A stretch of DNA of 64,000 nt. Source: Basidiobolus meristosporus CBS 931.73. Lineage: Eukaryota; Fungi; Basidiobolomycota. The position numbers were made by a program, and so were the translations under genes. Numbering within the stretch: the first letter of the stretch is position 1; each line of letters begins with the position of its first letter. Below the pieces are notes generated by a model. The model made no database searches, had not been told where the DNA came from, and was given only the letters and a program-made list of their open reading frames with translations. Positions 61,454 through 64,000 of the stretch are shown here, piece by piece. The DNA lies in the NCBI GenBank assembly GCA_002104905.1, contig MCFE01000419.1, positions 14,216-78,215 on the forward strand. Direction: 5' to 3'.

Positions 61454-63380
61454 TGCGATTGCTTTGAATTGCTCACATTTGTAATGATCCCAACAACCCT
61501 TTTTTTTTGCAATCCGAATCAAGCCATTGCAAATCAGTGATCATCAAATTTTTGATATAAGTAATATCAAGGTTGTCTCACATTTGAGACAGAACCCCTA
61601 TAAATAAACACCCTGCATATATATACGTCATCTGTAATACCAGTGCAGCTATTGGATCTGTTTCGCACCTACACGATTGCTTGCGTGCTAGCTATGACAC
61701 CTTGCCCAATCACTAGGATCAGGGATTTACTTGCTCAATGGGCAAAATGGGATATTTGATGGCAAATCAGGTAGCTTTTTCAGTAGTCAATGAGCCAATT
61801 GGGGGCTGCCAGCTTCAGGATACTTTTGGACCAATTAACCACTGAGATACCGTCCAATTGGAGTGAGGGTAACCAAAATGGTAAGTATCAGTGTAGTTTA
61901 TAGTGTGATACACATTTATTTCCATTTACATTAAAGAAACATATCCAAATACCGGATTTTACCTGCCATTATAGCGGTATCCGATCGCGCACGTGATGCA
62001 AGCATTACAAGTTGGCGCGATCATCCGCGCCAACCTCATTGTGTCAGATTTTGCCATAGTGTGCGAGATCATCCCGCATAGTGCGAAATTGTCCAAGAAC
62101 AATCCTGCCTTCTGGTAGCTATAATATCACGCCCGATTGTTCTTTGCAACCGCGGATCGTGCCGCGTGCCCTGGCACGGTACGATGGAACAAGTCTATTG
62201 AAGAAGTTCCATATCAGAAGTAATAATGAGGGCATTATTTCTCAAAGTTAGGGGAGACTTGTGGTAATGGAAAGTATTCCATTACTACAATATCTCTAAA
62301 CCAATATTGCACTCATTTCTTTATTGTGCTTTTTGCTATTGTAACACACAAGTGAAAGATCAAGAATTTCCAACTTTGATGAACAAATGCTCCAGACCCT
62401 GACAAGCAATCCACCCAAGAATATTATGTCATACAGAACACGTAGTAGCCAACACATGTTTCAAATTACAGCTCATTTGAAGCAGTACTTAAGGAGTTAT
62501 GACCAAAAGAGTCCAACTATTATATATACTATGCCTTATTGCTAGGATTACTATGGTGACTTTGATTGCGTGTAACTTTTGAACCAGCCAATCAAATCAC
62601 GTGAAATATTCACAGGTGCTGCGCCTATGTCCAATCTGCCCCACTGCAAAATGTTAGCTTTGTATCACGTGTATTGCTTGGGCAATCGCCCAAAAACTTT
62701 GATCCTTCAAAATTTTCATATATATAACTTCCCCAGCTGAAAAATAAAGAGAGAGCCTCTCTTTCCAGAATCTCCACACTACAATTACAAGTTTAAAGGT
62801 TATAAGACTTCCCCTGCATCACTTGCACTGTTGAGTATTCTGACTTTGATCGGTACTACATCAGTAAAGAGACTGCAAAGCCCACAAGAATCCAATCTAA
62901 GTTCTACAAGAAACTACCACTTTTCTGTTGGAAAAGTCCCCTCTAAGAAACCCCTTTACTCTAAAGACACCCCTTTAGTCTAAAGACCCCTTTAGAGACC
63001 CCTTTAAGAAACCCCTTTACTCTAAAGAAGCCCCTTTAGGCACCCCTTTAGTGTAAAGTCCACTTTAGAGACCACTACAAGAAGCCCCTTTACTCTAAAG
63101 ACACCCCTTTAGACACCCCTTTAGGTCTAAAGACCCCCTTAGAGACTTCTACAACACACCCCTTTAGGTTAAAGGGGAGGTCAGAATTTTCATATTTGGA
63201 AATATTTTCTCAGAAAGGAAAGTGACTTCCAAATAAGGAAAAGTTACAATAAAAGTAAATAAGCCCATTAGTCAACAGAAGGTCAGAACACTGCTGTAGA
63301 AGTGATAAACACTGCCTACAGTATATTTTGAGCCCAAGATTGAGGAAATTAGTGAAAGTTATATCTTCTATTGGTATATC

Positions 63381-64000
63381 TGTTGAAATATTGGACTATT
63401 TGGTATCATTCAGCAGCTAAAAATTTACTTAACAATTCTAGGCTAGTCTTAGTCACTGTAGGACTCATTTACTGCCTTTACTTCGCCACTTTCTCCAGAT
63501 ATATGATCTTATGATTATTCCCCTATAGTCAGGATCAAATTAGCACTATTACCAAACATTATGTACTAACCCTGAAACTGTTACAGAATGCTCCTGAATA
63601 TTGAGAAACCCTCCCTACTTAGTGTTGCAGCTGTATTACTTCTACAAAGGTATAAATACTGAGCTTCTTTATGAATAAACAACAGTTCAACTATTATCAC
63701 TATTTCTTGATAAGTTCCTTATATCCAAATCACTTCTTAAATTGCAACAGGTTATGAGCCCCGATTGCCTTAATCTATTCTAAAGATGACTTCTACCAGC
63801 AAACAAAGCAATACCAACATCTTCCCTGTAAAGGAGAGGTTTGATGGGAAGAACTACAGACTTTGGAGAATCAAGATGCAGATCCACCTTGAGGAAAGAA
63901 AGCTTTGGAATATAGTAACAGGAAAGGAAGTTGAGCCCAAAGGAACAGCAGAAGATGTGGAGAAGTTTCAAGAGAAGGAGAGAATGGCCTTCAATGCAAT
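63381..64000 (+). mobile_element. 5' part of a Ty1/Copia element, family D (LTR 63381-63749, PBS, gag start)
   Basis: TGTTGAAA...TTGCAACA followed by GGTTATGAGCCCC at 63750. ATG at 63786 opens ...ERFDGKNYRLWRIKMQIHLEERKLWNIVTG..., which is open to the window end. Confidence 0.9.

Larger units (their letters stand above)
58786..62196 (-). mobile_element. Pangu-like DNA transposon copy 2 (inverted relative to copy 1)
   Basis: Same TIRs; exact ATT TSD at 58783-58785 and 62197-62199; 3,411 bp. The 96-bp difference from copy 1 equals 80 bp (four repeat units) plus 15 bp (ORF2) plus 1 bp (transposase). Confidence 0.93.
53902..62251 (+). pseudogene. Gypsy B gag-pol (53902-58785 plus 62200-62251), split by Pangu-like copy 2
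   Basis: Gag, CVYCESAEH, protease VFDSGSEIN, RT (LDLYSGYDQI, RIPQGWTNS, FLDDI), RNase H (VSVDSSGIGVGG) and integrase (YHPQANSPVERGH). Removing the transposon restores GNRLKKFHIRSNNEGIISQS*. Confidence 0.92.
52594..63380 (+). mobile_element. Ty3/Gypsy family B with long LTRs (possibly non-chromoviral Ylt1-like); 3' LTR interrupted by Copia D
   Basis: 5' LTR 52594-~53834; PBS TGGTGGAGGACC at 53841 (tRNA-Ala-like); PPT aggggagact; 3' LTR starts at 62260 and matches the 5' LTR up to 63380. Confidence 0.92.

Noticed and set aside
19600-64000. Classical ascomycete RIP
   Set aside because: The visible bias is mainly at CpG with some CpA, and young repeats retain CpG. It cannot be called RIP without computed indices.
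1-64000. tRNA, rRNA or prokaryotic operon features
   Set aside because: None recognised. The only tRNA-related signals are primer-binding sites.

Overview
Eukaryotic DNA with short GT-AG introns and CTAAC-type branch points; most likely an early-diverging fungus with a TE-inflated genome (lineage is inference only). The window has two compartments. (1) About 1-19.5 kb is a CpG-rich gene island: the 5' end of one syntaxin-like gene (minus strand, runs off the window), a second Sso1/2-like syntaxin, a ~2,450-aa UNC79-like protein with two C1-type zinc fingers, a short two-TOG XMAP215-like paralogue, and V-ATPase subunit c'' (VMA16). (2) About 19.7-64 kb is an uninterrupted nest of transposons: several Ty1/Copia copies with half-tRNA-iMet primer sites, a nested solo LTR, a young Ty3/Gypsy element with an unexplained ~390-aa third ORF, a decayed CACTA-type element, a second Gypsy family with long LTRs, two inverted copies of a two-gene PIF/Harbinger-related (Pangu-like, ANT target duplication) DNA transposon, and the start of another Copia. 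Most element boundaries were resolved from LTR/TIR pairs and target-site duplications. Decay looks dominated by C-to-T changes at CpG. Best leads: the fungal UNC79-like gene, the Gypsy ORF3, the Pangu-like pair, and a 361-bp perfectly identical inverted patch shared by two otherwise diverged Copia copies. All protein-family calls rest on motifs recalled from memory, not database searches.
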